This document shows, one piece after another, positions 53,297-63,292 of a DNA stretch of 64,000 nucleotides. The DNA comes from Nitrospirales bacterium (GTDB taxonomy: Bacteria; Nitrospirota; Nitrospiria; Nitrospirales; UBA8639). The notes beneath the pieces were generated by a model. That model saw nothing but the letters and a program-made list of their open reading frames with translations, was not told where the DNA came from and did not search any database. The stretch is from NCBI GenBank assembly GCA_965203295.1, contig CBDBCZ010000019.1, positions 2,048,001 to 2,112,000 on the forward strand, given 5' to 3'. Both the position numbers and the translations under genes were made by a program. Position 1 is the first letter of the stretch. Every line of letters starts with the position of its first letter.

Positions 53297-53330
53297 AGAC
53301 CACACCCTTCCCAGAACACTCAACGCACAT

Positions 53331-54023
53331 TTAATCAAATTGGCGGGCGATCGCGGCACTATCTAGAGAAACACCAGGCCCCATCGTCGCAGACAAGGTC
53401 AAACTTTTGACGTATTTACCTTTACTCGATGATGGTTTTGCCTTCACCACGGAGTCAAACACCGCTTTGGCATTATCAGATATTTGCTGCCCAGAAAAAG
53501 AGACTTTACCGATAGGGACATGAAGAATACCGGCTTTATCAACCTTGTACTCCACCCGACCTTTTCGAATTTCTTGGATTGCCTTTGCGACCTCAAACGT
53601 CACTGTTCCAGTTTTGGGGTTGGGCATAAGCCCACGAGGGCCTAAGATTTTGCCAAGTTTTCCCACTGATGCCATTAAGTCTGGAGTTGAAATAGCATGG
53701 TCAAAATCCAACCAACCCCCTTTGACTTTTTCCATGACGTTATCAGCTCCAACATAATCGGCACCGGCCTCTCGTGCCTGCTGCTCCTTTTCCCCTTTTG
53801 CAAAAACCAAGATGCGAACCGTTTTTCCGCTTCCATGGGGAAGCACTGTGGTGCCTCGGACCATTTGATCTGCCCGTTTGGGATCGACCCCAAGCCGAAT
53901 AACCAACTCAACCGTCTCATCAAATTTGGCAAACGCAAGGCGCTTGACAAGCTCCCCAGCCTCTTCTAACCCATAGGGATTTGCTTCAACCTTGGAAGCC
54001 GCGTCATTTAACTTCTTACCCAC
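53331..54023 (-). CDS. rplA: 50S ribosomal protein L1
   Basis: [23 protein letters not shown]; probable GTG start. Confidence 0.98.
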   Translation of the reverse strand: MGKKLNDAASKVEANPYGLEEAGELVKRLAFAKFDETVELVIRLGVDPKRADQMVRGTTVLPHGSGKTVRILVFAKGEKEQQAREAGADYVGADNVMEKVKGGWLDFDHAISTPDLMASVGKLGKILGPRGLMPNPKTGTVTFEVAKAIQEIRKGRVEYKVDKAGILHVPIGKVSFSGQQISDNAKAVFDSVVKAKPSSSKGKYVKSLTLSATMGPGVSLDSAAIARQFD

Positions 54024-54062
54024 GCCATCACCTCTTTCGTTCAAATTTGGAATTCCGGCAAA

Positions 54063-54488
54063 TCATCCCAAAACCGTAATGCCCATACTTCGGGCCGTTC
54101 CTTCGATTATCTTCATAGCCCCTTCGATATCAACCGCATTGAGATCTTCCATTTTCTTCTTAGAAATCTCCTCGAGTTGGGCACGGGAGACTTGCCCAAC
54201 CTTGTCCTTTTGCGGAACTCCCGATCCCTTGATAATCCCAGCAGCCTTTTTCAACAGATCCGTGGCTGGAGGCGTTTTCGTCACAAAAGTAAAACTTCGA
54301 TCTTTGTAGACAGAGATGACCACAGGGATAATGCTACCTTCTTGCTTTTGTGTCTTGGCATTAAATTGCTTACAAAAATCCATGATATTGACGCCATGCT
54401 GCCCAAGGGAAGGTCCAACAGGAGGTGCGGGATTTGCCTTAGCAGCTGGAATCTGTAATTTAATTTGAGTTACAACTTCTTTTGCCAT
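54063..54488 (-). CDS. rplK: 50S ribosomal protein L11
   Basis: [25 protein letters not shown]. Confidence 0.98.
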   Translation of the reverse strand: MAKEVVTQIKLQIPAAKANPAPPVGPSLGQHGVNIMDFCKQFNAKTQKQEGSIIPVVISVYKDRSFTFVTKTPPATDLLKKAAGIIKGSGVPQKDKVGQVSRAQLEEISKKKMEDLNAVDIEGAMKIIEGTARSMGITVLG

Positions 54489-54610
54489 TGTCCCTCTCTT
54501 ACCTGTCTCTTACCTGTTTAAGATGTCAAACAAAAGGATTTCTCGTGTGCAATCCATGTAACTATTTATTGAAGCCTCCCTACCCTACTCTTTATTCGCA
54601 CCCAATGAAA

Positions 54611-55147
54611 TCAGGTCCGTTCCACCTGCGAGAACACAAGCTCGACCGGAGTCGCACGACCAAATATACTGACCAAGGCTTTGAGACGACTGTGGTCTGA
54701 GTCAACTTCATCGATAAGACCATTGAATCCCATAAAAGGCCCATCAACAATTCGAATTTGGTCACCCTTTGAAAAAAATATTTGTTCCCTCGGCGTAGCC
54801 ACTCCAGACTCAAGTTGCTTTAAAAGAGAATCTACTTCCTCCTCAGACAAAGGAATCGGCCGTGTTCCCCCACCGACAAAACCCGTCACCTTTGGGGTCT
54901 CCTTCACCATCAATACCGTTTCATCATTGACAGGGGATTCCAATTCAACCAAGACATAGCCAGGGAAAAACTTACGCTTCGAAGCACGCCGTTTCCCATC
55001 TTTAATTTCAATGACATCCTCTGTAGGCACAAGAATCTCTCCCAATTGATCCTGCAAGCTCATTTGGTTGGCCCGTTCCGTTAGAGTGGTCTTTACCCGA
55101 CCCTCAAATCCAACATAGGTATGAATGACAAACCAGTTCTTGGCCAT
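54611..55147 (-). CDS. nusG: Transcription antitermination factor NusG
   Basis: FFPGYVLV, TPKVTGFVG, KOW domain, IFGRATPVEL. Confidence 0.98.
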   Translation of the reverse strand: MAKNWFVIHTYVGFEGRVKTTLTERANQMSLQDQLGEILVPTEDVIEIKDGKRRASKRKFFPGYVLVELESPVNDETVLMVKETPKVTGFVGGGTRPIPLSEEEVDSLLKQLESGVATPREQIFFSKGDQIRIVDGPFMGFNGLIDEVDSDHSRLKALVSIFGRATPVELVFSQVERT

Positions 55148-55166
55148 ACGCAATCACCAACCAGTC

Positions 55167-55361
55167 TTAAATGACCTGCCTCACAAGCCACACCAAAACG
55201 GAATCGACAAAGGACAAATAGAGAGACATGATGACGCAAAAAACCAAAACTACTGAAGTGGACCCAATGGTTTCGGCTTTTGTTGGATAGGAAACTTTTT
55301 TTAATTCCCCTTTTACATCAGACAAAAATTCAACAATGGTGGCCCACAATTTGTTAATCAT
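55167..55361 (-). CDS. secE: Preprotein translocase SecE
   Basis: ELKKVSYPT plus single TM; synteny. Confidence 0.95.
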   Translation of the reverse strand: MINKLWATIVEFLSDVKGELKKVSYPTKAETIGSTSVVLVFCVIMSLYLSFVDSVLVWLVRQVI

Positions 55362-55424
55362 ACTATCGGCTCACCTTCTACAGAAATTGGATTGCCCCAT
55401 CGTCAGCCACATTGAAGCATAAAA

Positions 55425-55500
55425 TGGCAGGGGCACCAGGATTCGAACCCGGACCAACGGTTTTGGAGACCGCCATGCTAGCCGTTAACACCATGCCCCT
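55425..55500 (-). tRNA. tRNA-Trp (CCA)
   Basis: Cloverleaf, anticodon loop CTCCAAA, GGTTCGAATCC, encoded CCA end. Confidence 0.95.
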
Positions 55501-55601
55501 AGCTTGGTTGTCGATCAAACGCCGCCACACATTCCCTCTCGGCTTTGCTGGTTCACTTTTTTGAAGCAGTAAGGACCTCTCATTCCTAGGGAACAATCGG
55601 G

Positions 55602-55751
55602 CTATTTCACTTCTTTGTGGGAAACATGTTTTCGACAAAACCAACAATACCTTCTCAGTTCAAGGCGGTCGGGATCGTTCTTTTTATTTTTCATCGTAGA
55701 GTAATTACGTCGCTTACAGTCCCCACATGCTAGAGTGATGATCACACGCAT
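55602..55751 (-). CDS. rpmG: 50S ribosomal protein L33, zinc-binding type (absent from the ORF track)
   Basis: [49 protein letters not shown]. Confidence 0.96.
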   Translation of the reverse strand: MRVIITLACGDCKRRNYSTMKNKKNDPDRLELRRYCWFCRKHVSHKEVK

Positions 55752-55770
55752 GGCATCCCTCCAATAGCCA

Positions 55771-57061
55771 CCAACACCCGATAATCAAAGCCTTTCAGTC
55801 GAATCCGAATCCGCTGGTCCATACTCATCGTCTCACGCTCTCCGGCTATCCCAGAATCTCCGTCACCACGCCCGCGCCCACCGTCCGGCCGCCCTCACGC
55901 ACCGCAAACCGTAACCCTTGCTCCATCGCAATCGGCGAGATCAACTCCCCACTCACCGTCACATTATCCCCCGGCATCACCATCTCCACCCCCGCATCCA
56001 ACTGCACCACCCCCGTCACATCCGTCGTCCGAAAATAAAACTGGGGCCGATACCCGTTAAAAAACGGCGTGTGCCGCCCCCCTTCTTCCTTCGTCAGCAC
56101 ATACACTTCGCCCAGAAACTTCGTGTGCGGCGTGATCGACTTCGGCTTCGCTAACACCATCCCCCGCTCCACGTCATCTTTCTTCGTCCCCCGCAACAAC
56201 GCTCCGATATTATCTCCCGCTTGCCCTTCATCCAACACTTTCCGAAACATCTCCACCCCCGTCACCACCGTCGTCTGCGTGTCCCGCAACCCCACAATCT
56301 CGATTTCATCGCCCACCTTCACTTGCCCGCGCTCGACGCGCCCCGTCACCACCGTACCCCGCCCACTGATCGTGAACACATCTTCAATCGGCATCAAAAA
56401 CGGCTTCTCGATCGCTCGCTGCGGCGTCGGCACATACGTATCGACCGCCTCTAACAACTTCAGAATCGACGGCACGCCCACCTCGCTTTGATCCCCTTCG
56501 ATCGCTTTGGTCGCTGACCCCACAATAATCGGAATCTCATCCCCCGGAAATTGATATTTCGTCAGCAATTCCCGCACTTCTAATTCCACCAACTCCAAGA
56601 GTTCCTTATCTTCGACTTTATCCGCCTTGTTGAGAAAGACCACAATGTAAGGCACCCCCACCTGTCGCGCCAACAAGATATGTTCCCGGGTCTGGGGCAT
56701 CGGCCCATCGGCCGCTGAGACCACCAAAATGGCCCCATCCATCTGCGCGGCCCCCGTGATCATGTTTTTCACATAATCGGCATGCCCCGGACAGTCCACA
56801 TGCGCATAGTGCCGATTCTCTGTCTCATATTCCACGTGCGATATGGCGATCGTCAAAATCTTCGTGGCGTCCCGGCGCCCTTGCGATTCACTCGCTTTGG
56901 CCACTTCATCATAGGAGATAAATTTCGCCATCCCCTTCTCTCCCATGACCTTCGTCAACGCTGACGTTAACGTCGTCTTCCCATGGTCCACGTGCCCGAT
57001 CGTCCCCACATTTAAATGCGGCTTCCGCCGCTCAAATTTCGACTTCGCCATCCTCCCCTCC
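55771..57061. repeat. 1291-bp direct repeat, copy 2 (includes a stray rpsJ 5' fragment)
   Basis: Matches 39191-40481. Confidence 0.9.
55846..57051 (-). CDS. tuf: Elongation factor Tu (tRNA-linked copy)
   Basis: Protein identical to 39266-40471. Confidence 0.99.
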   Translation of the reverse strand: MAKSKFERRKPHLNVGTIGHVDHGKTTLTSALTKVMGEKGMAKFISYDEVAKASESQGRRDATKILTIAISHVEYETENRHYAHVDCPGHADYVKNMITGAAQMDGAILVVSAADGPMPQTREHILLARQVGVPYIVVFLNKADKVEDKELLELVELEVRELLTKYQFPGDEIPIIVGSATKAIEGDQSEVGVPSILKLLEAVDTYVPTPQRAIEKPFLMPIEDVFTISGRGTVVTGRVERGQVKVGDEIEIVGLRDTQTTVVTGVEMFRKVLDEGQAGDNIGALLRGTKKDDVERGMVLAKPKSITPHTKFLGEVYVLTKEEGGRHTPFFNGYRPQFYFRTTDVTGVVQLDAGVEMVMPGDNVTVSGELISPIAMEQGLRFAVREGGRTVGAGVVTEILG

Positions 57062-57200
57062 TAATAGGTTAATAGCTAAGCTGCCGTTGAATGGTTTTAT
57101 GCTTTGTATTCCCCATCACTGATAAAGTCTGGAGAAACACATCTCTTTATTCAATGATCCTAATGGCAAAACAAGAATCCACTTTTCCCATCTAAAGATC

Positions 57201-57276
57201 TGGAGCCCACGACGCGGATCGAACGCGTGACCTCGTCCTTACCAAGGACGTGCTCTGCCAACTGAGCTACGTGGGC
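57201..57276 (-). tRNA. tRNA-Thr (GGT)
   Basis: Cloverleaf, loop TTGGTAA, CCA end. Confidence 0.95.
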
Positions 57277-57303
57277 CTTTAGCGTTCATTTAGCTTCATA
57301 AGT

Positions 57304-57378
57304 TGGAGCGGGCGACGGGATTTGAACCCGCGACAGCCAGCTTGGAAGGCTGGAACTCTACCACTGAGCTACGCCCGC
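57304..57378 (-). tRNA. tRNA-Gly (TCC)
   Basis: Cloverleaf, loop CTTCCAA, CCA end. Confidence 0.95.
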
Positions 57379-57611
57379 CCACCGTATCCGCAACTCTATT
57401 GCCAATTTCTTGCTCTTAATCTTTTTCTCGGAGCTTGTCTTTTCGAAAATGGACTCACTGAAGATTCAAGAAGCACAAAAGTTTCATCACAACTTGACAC
57501 GGCAAAAAAATTGCGGGTATTACTACCCAGAAGCAATCATTCTGCGCTTATTATTTCAACAAATGCCTTCTGAATCTTAGTCACCATCCAACATATAACA
57601 GCATCCAATTT

Positions 57612-57696
57612 TGGTGGGCAGGCAAGGATTCGAACCTTGGAAGCCGATGGCAACAGATTTACAGTCTGCCCCCGTTGTCCACTTGGGTACCTGCCC
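57612..57696 (-). tRNA. tRNA-Tyr (GTA)
   Basis: 85 nt with long variable arm, loop CTGTAAA, CCA end. Confidence 0.95.
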
Positions 57697-57926
57697 CTTG
57701 GTGATTTGCTTGGCGGATTGAAGCGCGATCATCAACTACAACTGTACAAAGACGGCTTTTTTATTTTTAAAATTAGGTGGGATACAGTGCCTACTGTGAG
57801 TAAATTAAACAAAAGAAAAGACATCTACCTCCCCCTCATTGAGGTCAAACTACGGCTACGAAAGTAAAAACTAAGAGCTTTTCCTAAGACTGAAAATGGA
57901 AATATGACGATCCCAATAAACGTTAT

Positions 57927-57955
57927 ATAATAAGGTAATCCAGAAATTCCGTCAA
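57927..57955 (-). promoter_or_regulatory. sigma70 promoter for the tRNA-tuf operon
   Basis: TTGACG-17 nt-TATTAT. Confidence 0.65.
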
Positions 57956-58212
57956 GGCTTTTCATGAAATTTGGTCCAAGAGTATGAGAGCACAACAGGA
58001 AGACCAAGCTTTTCCTCTACACTCACTGGCATGAAACACTTCATCAGGCCCCCAATCTACCGCAACTTTTTATGTTGCCTAAAGAGGGAAATCCTTAAAC
58101 ACATTAATCGCCTCCTCAAATCATTTCTACTCTATGTTTTCTAGACCAATCGAGACCTTGATCGGTCATAAGACCAGCCTTGCCTCAATTTAATTAGTCA
58201 ATATACATATTT

Positions 58213-58701
58213 ATGGCCATGCCAAGACCGTACCTCAAGAGCCTTGTTGGAACATGCATTCTTATTTTTTGGATTTTTCTACAACTTGGAGCCACTCTAC
58301 CAGAACCCGTTCAGTTAGACAGGGGGTTAGCCAGGATCACGACGCCTCAAGGCTCAATTATTTATGCAGAAATTGCCGATACTCCAGAAAAAATGGCCAG
58401 AGGCCTCATGTTTCTGACATCACTAGCCCCGGACAGGGGTATGCTCTTTACGTTTCAAGGCAAGGGACGATGGACATTCTGGATGAAAAACACCAAGATA
58501 TCTCTCGATATCATCTGGCTGGACCAGGAGGGAAAAATCGTTCACATCAACCACAATACTCCAACCTGTGAACGGATTGACGATTTTTGCCCACGGTATA
58601 CTCCTAATGAACCGGCTATCTGGGTTTTTGAAGTGAGGGGAGGTCAAGCCAAAAAATTAAGGCTACAGACGGGATCTCGACTAAAGGTTGAATTGCCTTA
58701 A
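58213..58701 (+). CDS. DUF192 domain protein
   Basis: EIADTP...RGLMF, GMLF, FWMKNT..SLDIIWLD. Confidence 0.9.
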   Translation: MAMPRPYLKSLVGTCILIFWIFLQLGATLPEPVQLDRGLARITTPQGSIIYAEIADTPEKMARGLMFLTSLAPDRGMLFTFQGKGRWTFWMKNTKISLDIIWLDQEGKIVHINHNTPTCERIDDFCPRYTPNEPAIWVFEVRGGQAKKLRLQTGSRLKVELP

Positions 58702-58717
58702 ATCTGTGAAAACGGGA

Positions 58718-60901
58718 TCACCAGCCTCTCATTCGCCTCGCCGTGATGACCCCATCGACCCGTTCGATCTCTCGAAGGGTCCTTTCCAAATGTAACGTGT
58801 TGGAAATTTCAATGACAAAGTCCAGCTGGGCCTTTTGATCTTCTCTAGTGAGAATTTCAGCTCGACTGATGTTCGCCTGACATGCTGAAATAGCTGCGGA
58901 GACTTTAGCCAGGACGCCAGTCCGATCCATCGTCAATACGGCTACTTTAACAGAGTGAGACTCTTCCGTTTGTTGGTCCCATTCAACCTCGACCAATCGG
59001 TCTTTTTCGTAATCTAACGCTTCAAGATTTGGGCAGCCTACAGAATGAATGGTCAAGCCACGCCCCCTGGTGATATATCCTCTGATGGCATCACCTGGAA
59101 CTGGATTACAACATTTAGAAAGCTGCATCAGCAAATTGTGTGTCCCTTTAACTTTCACGGTCTTCACTTCAGGGCTGAAGGGTTTTTCGCTAATTTCTAC
59201 GCTTCGGGGAGAAGACTCAGCCACTTCCTTGTAATCATCAGAGACAAAATTCAAGGCAACCTGCGCTGCTGAAAGCCTGCCATACCCAATCATCCTCAGA
59301 AACTCGTCAACGCTTTCGTATCCCTTGGATCGACCAAGCCGAAGCAACTGCTCAGATTTCAATATATGCGCGACAGGAAGATTTCGGCGACGAAGTTCGC
59401 GCTCCAGCAAACGGTGACCAAGCTCAAGGCCACGTTTTTGCTCCTCAGTTTTTAGCCAATGCTTTATTTTTGCACGGGCCCGAGAGGTGCGGACAAATTT
59501 AAGCCAACTTTTGTGAGGAACCTGAGTCGGAGAGGTTAATATTTCAACTGTATCTCCGCTCGTGAGAGAGTGCCGGAGGGGGACAATCCTTCCATTGACT
59601 TTCGCACCCAGGCAATGATCCCCAATCTCGGTATGAATGGCATAGGCGAAATCCACAGGCGACGACCCTATTGGTAATTCCTTCACTTCCCCTCGGGGAG
59701 TAAAAGCAAAAACCACATCATGGAAAACGTCTAAATGAAACAAGTCCAGCTTTACCGAATCCATGAACTGACGATTATCAGAAAGATCTTTATGCCATTC
59801 CACAAATTGCCGTAACCAGCTAAAGATCTTTTCGTCCCGTTCTGCGACTTTTCCTTGGTCCTTATAGCGCCAGTGGGAAGCCACACCATATTCAGCCAAA
59901 CGGTGCATCTCCTCCGTTCGTATTTGAAACTCGACATGCTCTCCTTGTGGCCCAATGACGTTCGTGTGAATGGATTGGTAAAGATTGGAACGTGGGGTGG
60001 CCACATAGTCTTTGAACCGTCCAGGAACCGGTGGCCACAAGAAATGGATTAACCCGAGAATCGCATAACAATTCATTTTCGTATCAGTAATAATTCGTAT
60101 GGCTGTCAGATCATAGACTTCCTCAAATGGAATTCCTTGGCGTTCCATTTTTTGAAATACACCATACAAGTGCTTGGGACGGCCTTGAACCGTTGCCATA
60201 TAACCTTCTTTTTCAAGAGCATCTTCGGCCACACTAATCAGACCCTTCAAGTACTCTTGCCTTTCTTCGTCTCGTTTGGCCACTCGTAACTTCAGCATGG
60301 CATAGGCATCAGGCTTCAAGTTTTGGAGACAAAGATCCTCTAATTCTTGTTTCATCCAACTCATTCCCAACCGATTGGCCAACGGGGCATAGATCTCTAA
60401 CGTTTCCTGGGCGATCTGCCGCCGCTTCACCTCCGATAAATGTGTAAGCGTTCTCATGTTATGGAGACGATCAGCAAGTTTGATAAACACCACACGCATA
60501 TCATCTGCCATTGAGAGAACCATCTTTCGAAAATTCTCAGCCTGCTTCTCTTCATACGACTTAAAAGGAATCTGTCCAATCTTCGTGACCCCTTCGACCA
60601 ATCTCGCGACTTCCTGCCCAAACTCTTTTTCCAGCTGAATTTGCGTGGCAACGGTGTCTTCCAATGTGTCATGGAGAAGCCCAGCAACAATGGCCGTCAC
60701 ATCGAGCCTGAGAAACGTCAGAATCTCTGCCACAGCTAAAGGATGTTGCAGATACGGTTCACCTGACTGACGGGTTTGGCCAGCATGAGCATTTGCCGAA
60801 AACTCATAGGCCCTTCGGATCAGGTGAGTATCGCTTTCAGGATGAAAACTATTGACCTGCTGAATGAGCCGGTCAATTTCCGAGACATTGATCAATGACA
60901 T
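58718..60901 (-). CDS. rel: Bifunctional (p)ppGpp synthetase/hydrolase (long RelA/SpoT homologue)
   Basis: HD motif LLHDTLEDT, KLADRLHNMRTL, EFQIRT, TGS, KCCNPVPGD, ACT. Confidence 0.96.
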   Translation of the reverse strand: MSLINVSEIDRLIQQVNSFHPESDTHLIRRAYEFSANAHAGQTRQSGEPYLQHPLAVAEILTFLRLDVTAIVAGLLHDTLEDTVATQIQLEKEFGQEVARLVEGVTKIGQIPFKSYEEKQAENFRKMVLSMADDMRVVFIKLADRLHNMRTLTHLSEVKRRQIAQETLEIYAPLANRLGMSWMKQELEDLCLQNLKPDAYAMLKLRVAKRDEERQEYLKGLISVAEDALEKEGYMATVQGRPKHLYGVFQKMERQGIPFEEVYDLTAIRIITDTKMNCYAILGLIHFLWPPVPGRFKDYVATPRSNLYQSIHTNVIGPQGEHVEFQIRTEEMHRLAEYGVASHWRYKDQGKVAERDEKIFSWLRQFVEWHKDLSDNRQFMDSVKLDLFHLDVFHDVVFAFTPRGEVKELPIGSSPVDFAYAIHTEIGDHCLGAKVNGRIVPLRHSLTSGDTVEILTSPTQVPHKSWLKFVRTSRARAKIKHWLKTEEQKRGLELGHRLLERELRRRNLPVAHILKSEQLLRLGRSKGYESVDEFLRMIGYGRLSAAQVALNFVSDDYKEVAESSPRSVEISEKPFSPEVKTVKVKGTHNLLMQLSKCCNPVPGDAIRGYITRGRGLTIHSVGCPNLEALDYEKDRLVEVEWDQQTEESHSVKVAVLTMDRTGVLAKVSAAISACQANISRAEILTREDQKAQLDFVIEISNTLHLERTLREIERVDGVITARRMRGW

Positions 60902-62613
60902 GGAATGTCCTTCTCGGGCTGAGTGACTCGAATATCCCTAATTCGCAATTGAACCCGCTGATAACCTTTCCAATAATTCATCTCCGGCACGAAAGCTAAG
61001 TCAATAGTCCCAACGCTCGTGGACAGGGTCGAGAGATACTTCCCCATCCGAAATCCAATCCCTTCAAATGGCGCTGCCCCATCATGACGAACCACGAGTT
61101 TCAGATGGTCATCTCCGACAAGACGTTTATCTAAAACCTTTAACCCACTTGCCAAAAAAGTCGGCTCAGGATTTCCAAGCCCAAACGGGTGAAGATGATC
61201 CAATTCCTTCACCAATCGAGGATGAATGTCCCCTAAAAAGACTTGGGCATCAATATCCAGAACCTGGCGGTAATTGAGGGAACGAAGAGCCCTGGCGTTT
61301 AAATACTGGAGCCGCTCACGAAATGTATGTAACCGGTCTTCACGAATGACGAGTCCAGCAGCTGCAGCATGACCTCCAAATTTCTCGACAAGATCTCCAC
61401 ATTGGCTGAGAAGCGAACAAACATCCAATCCAGGAAGACTACGAACAGACCCTCGTCCTACTCCTTGTTGATCAAAAGCTACCACCACAGCGGGACAGTG
61501 GAAACATTCAACCAAGCGGGAGGCCACGATCCCCACAACACCCACATGCCAATTCCGTGCCCCTACCACAACCGCTGACTCCACACTGGACTCTTCTGCA
61601 AAACGCTTGGCTTCTTCAAAAATTCCATGCTCAATATCTCGACGCTCACGGTTCAATTGCTCAAGCCGTTGTGCCAGACTTACGGCTTCGTCATGGGATT
61701 CCGTGGTGAGCAACTGAACACCAAGCCGGGCATGAGCTAAACGCCCTGCGGCATTGATGACTGGCGCTAGCCGAAATCCCACGGTACTCGCCGTACATAC
61801 ACCTTCAACCCCGAGTTTTTGTTTTAACGCGCGAATCCCACATCTGGTTCCCTCACTTAGGCGTACCAACCCATCTCGAACGAGCGATCGATTTTCATCT
61901 TGGAGAGGAACCATATCAGCCACTGTGGAAAGAGCCACTAAATCCCTGAAACTCTCTACAGGAATACCCCGATCCCTATACTTAAAAAAATAGGCTTCTG
62001 CGACCTTGTAGGCCAACCCTCCCGAACAAAGGCCGTCAAAAGGGTACTTCGAATCAGACCGTTTCGGGTTTAAAAAAGCAAACCCATCAGGGTGACCCGC
62101 ATGAATCTGATGGTGATCGGTGACGATGACATCTATCCCCAATCTGTTGGCTATCTCAATTTCATGATGGGACGATGTTCCACAGTCAGCCGTCACTAAA
62201 ACTTTGGTACCCTCATGAGCAAGTTGATGAACAGCCCTTTCATTGAGACCATATCCCTCTGAAAAACGATCAGGGATATACATACTGGACTCGGCCCCAA
62301 ATTGACTGAAAAATTTCAGGTGAAGACTCGTGGCAGAAATCCCATCGACATCATAATCACCATAAAAACACATTCTTTCCCGATCATTGATCGCTCGATG
62401 AATTCGGTCAATGGCCTTTTCCATATCTGGGAGAAGAAACGGATCATGTCCATTTTCCTGAGAAGGATACATCCAAGATCGGGCATTCTCCGGATCTACC
62501 ACGCCTCGCCCAAGCAAAACCTTAGCGGTTATTGGGAAAATGGCTAAAGTCTTGGCCAAAGATTGGGAATGGGTTGGATCAATATCTCTTAAAACCCATT
62601 GCTTCTGAAGCAT
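60892..62613 (-). CDS. recJ: Single-stranded DNA exonuclease RecJ
   Basis: GDYDVDG, TDHH, INAAGRL, FGGHAAAAG, PFGLGNPEP. Confidence 0.96.
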   Translation of the reverse strand: MLQKQWVLRDIDPTHSQSLAKTLAIFPITAKVLLGRGVVDPENARSWMYPSQENGHDPFLLPDMEKAIDRIHRAINDRERMCFYGDYDVDGISATSLHLKFFSQFGAESSMYIPDRFSEGYGLNERAVHQLAHEGTKVLVTADCGTSSHHEIEIANRLGIDVIVTDHHQIHAGHPDGFAFLNPKRSDSKYPFDGLCSGGLAYKVAEAYFFKYRDRGIPVESFRDLVALSTVADMVPLQDENRSLVRDGLVRLSEGTRCGIRALKQKLGVEGVCTASTVGFRLAPVINAAGRLAHARLGVQLLTTESHDEAVSLAQRLEQLNRERRDIEHGIFEEAKRFAEESSVESAVVVGARNWHVGVVGIVASRLVECFHCPAVVVAFDQQGVGRGSVRSLPGLDVCSLLSQCGDLVEKFGGHAAAAGLVIREDRLHTFRERLQYLNARALRSLNYRQVLDIDAQVFLGDIHPRLVKELDHLHPFGLGNPEPTFLASGLKVLDKRLVGDDHLKLVVRHDGAAPFEGIGFRMGKYLSTLSTSVGTIDLAFVPEMNYWKGYQRVQLRIRDIRVTQPEKDIPCH

Positions 62614-62668
62614 TAAGCTCCTTTGCCTTACTCTTCAAAATATCGTAAATACTGAGAAAACCTTAAGA

Positions 62669-62697
62669 ATAATATGGTACCTTTATAGGCTTGTCAA
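62669..62697 (-). promoter_or_regulatory. sigma70 promoter for recJ-rel
   Basis: TTGACA-17 nt-TATTAT. Confidence 0.7.
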
Positions 62698-62951
62698 ACC
62701 AACTGCACTCTGAACCTTCTTTCGCAGAAATCAGAAGTTGGAGGGAGCAGGAGATTGCATTTTCTTGAAAAGGCTGAAACCAAACACTGATGAAGAATGT
62801 TCGGGAACGTCCTAAATAAGACCTTCCCCCAACACAAGAAACGAGAAAAAATAAAGACAGAAGATATAGTGAACAGAAACGAAGAAATACTGACTGGCAG
62901 AAGGGTCGAGGGAACAGGAGAGGCAGAGAGGGAATCGTTGAAGAGGACCGG

Positions 62952-63152
62952 CTATTCTCCTCCTTTTTGAACGTAATTTTTCACGAATTCGGCGGCGTTC
63001 TCTTCTAAGACTTCATCAATTTCTTCCACTAATTGATCAATATCTTCTTGAATCTTTTTTCCCTCATCCAGGACTTTAGGATTCGCTTTGACTTTTTCTT
63101 CACGAGTAGGCGAAACCTTTTTTGATTCAGGCTTACGTTCTTGCCTCTCCAT
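62952..63152 (-). CDS. pup: Prokaryotic ubiquitin-like protein Pup (GGE terminus)
   Basis: IDQLVEEIDEVLEENAAEFVKNYVQKGGE matches the Pup C-terminal signature; SD GGAGG. Confidence 0.92.
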   Translation of the reverse strand: MERQERKPESKKVSPTREEKVKANPKVLDEGKKIQEDIDQLVEEIDEVLEENAAEFVKNYVQKGGE

Positions 63153-63292
63153 GATAAAACCTCCAAAAGCAAGGACAAGAGATGAGATGTAATTTCTTTT
63201 CCACTATATCTCTATGCGTAAAGGATAGCAGTATATTTTTTTCCGTCAAGCTTCAAAATTCTTTAAAAAATCGTTTTTATCTTTCAATCACA

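Noticed and set aside
23588..57051. Numerous plus-strand and off-frame ORFs over the ribosomal, rpo and tuf genes
   Set aside because: Antisense shadows of conserved genes with no motifs or ribosome-binding sites.
57494..57523. Plus-strand TTGACA-18 nt-TATTAC promoter antisense to tRNA-Tyr
   Set aside because: No downstream gene or structured RNA identified; may be chance in AT-rich spacer DNA.
62952..63152. UBact instead of Pup
   Set aside because: C-terminus DEVLEENA.EFV..YVQKGGE is the Pup signature; UBact ends in an R-[ST]-G-[EQ] type motif.
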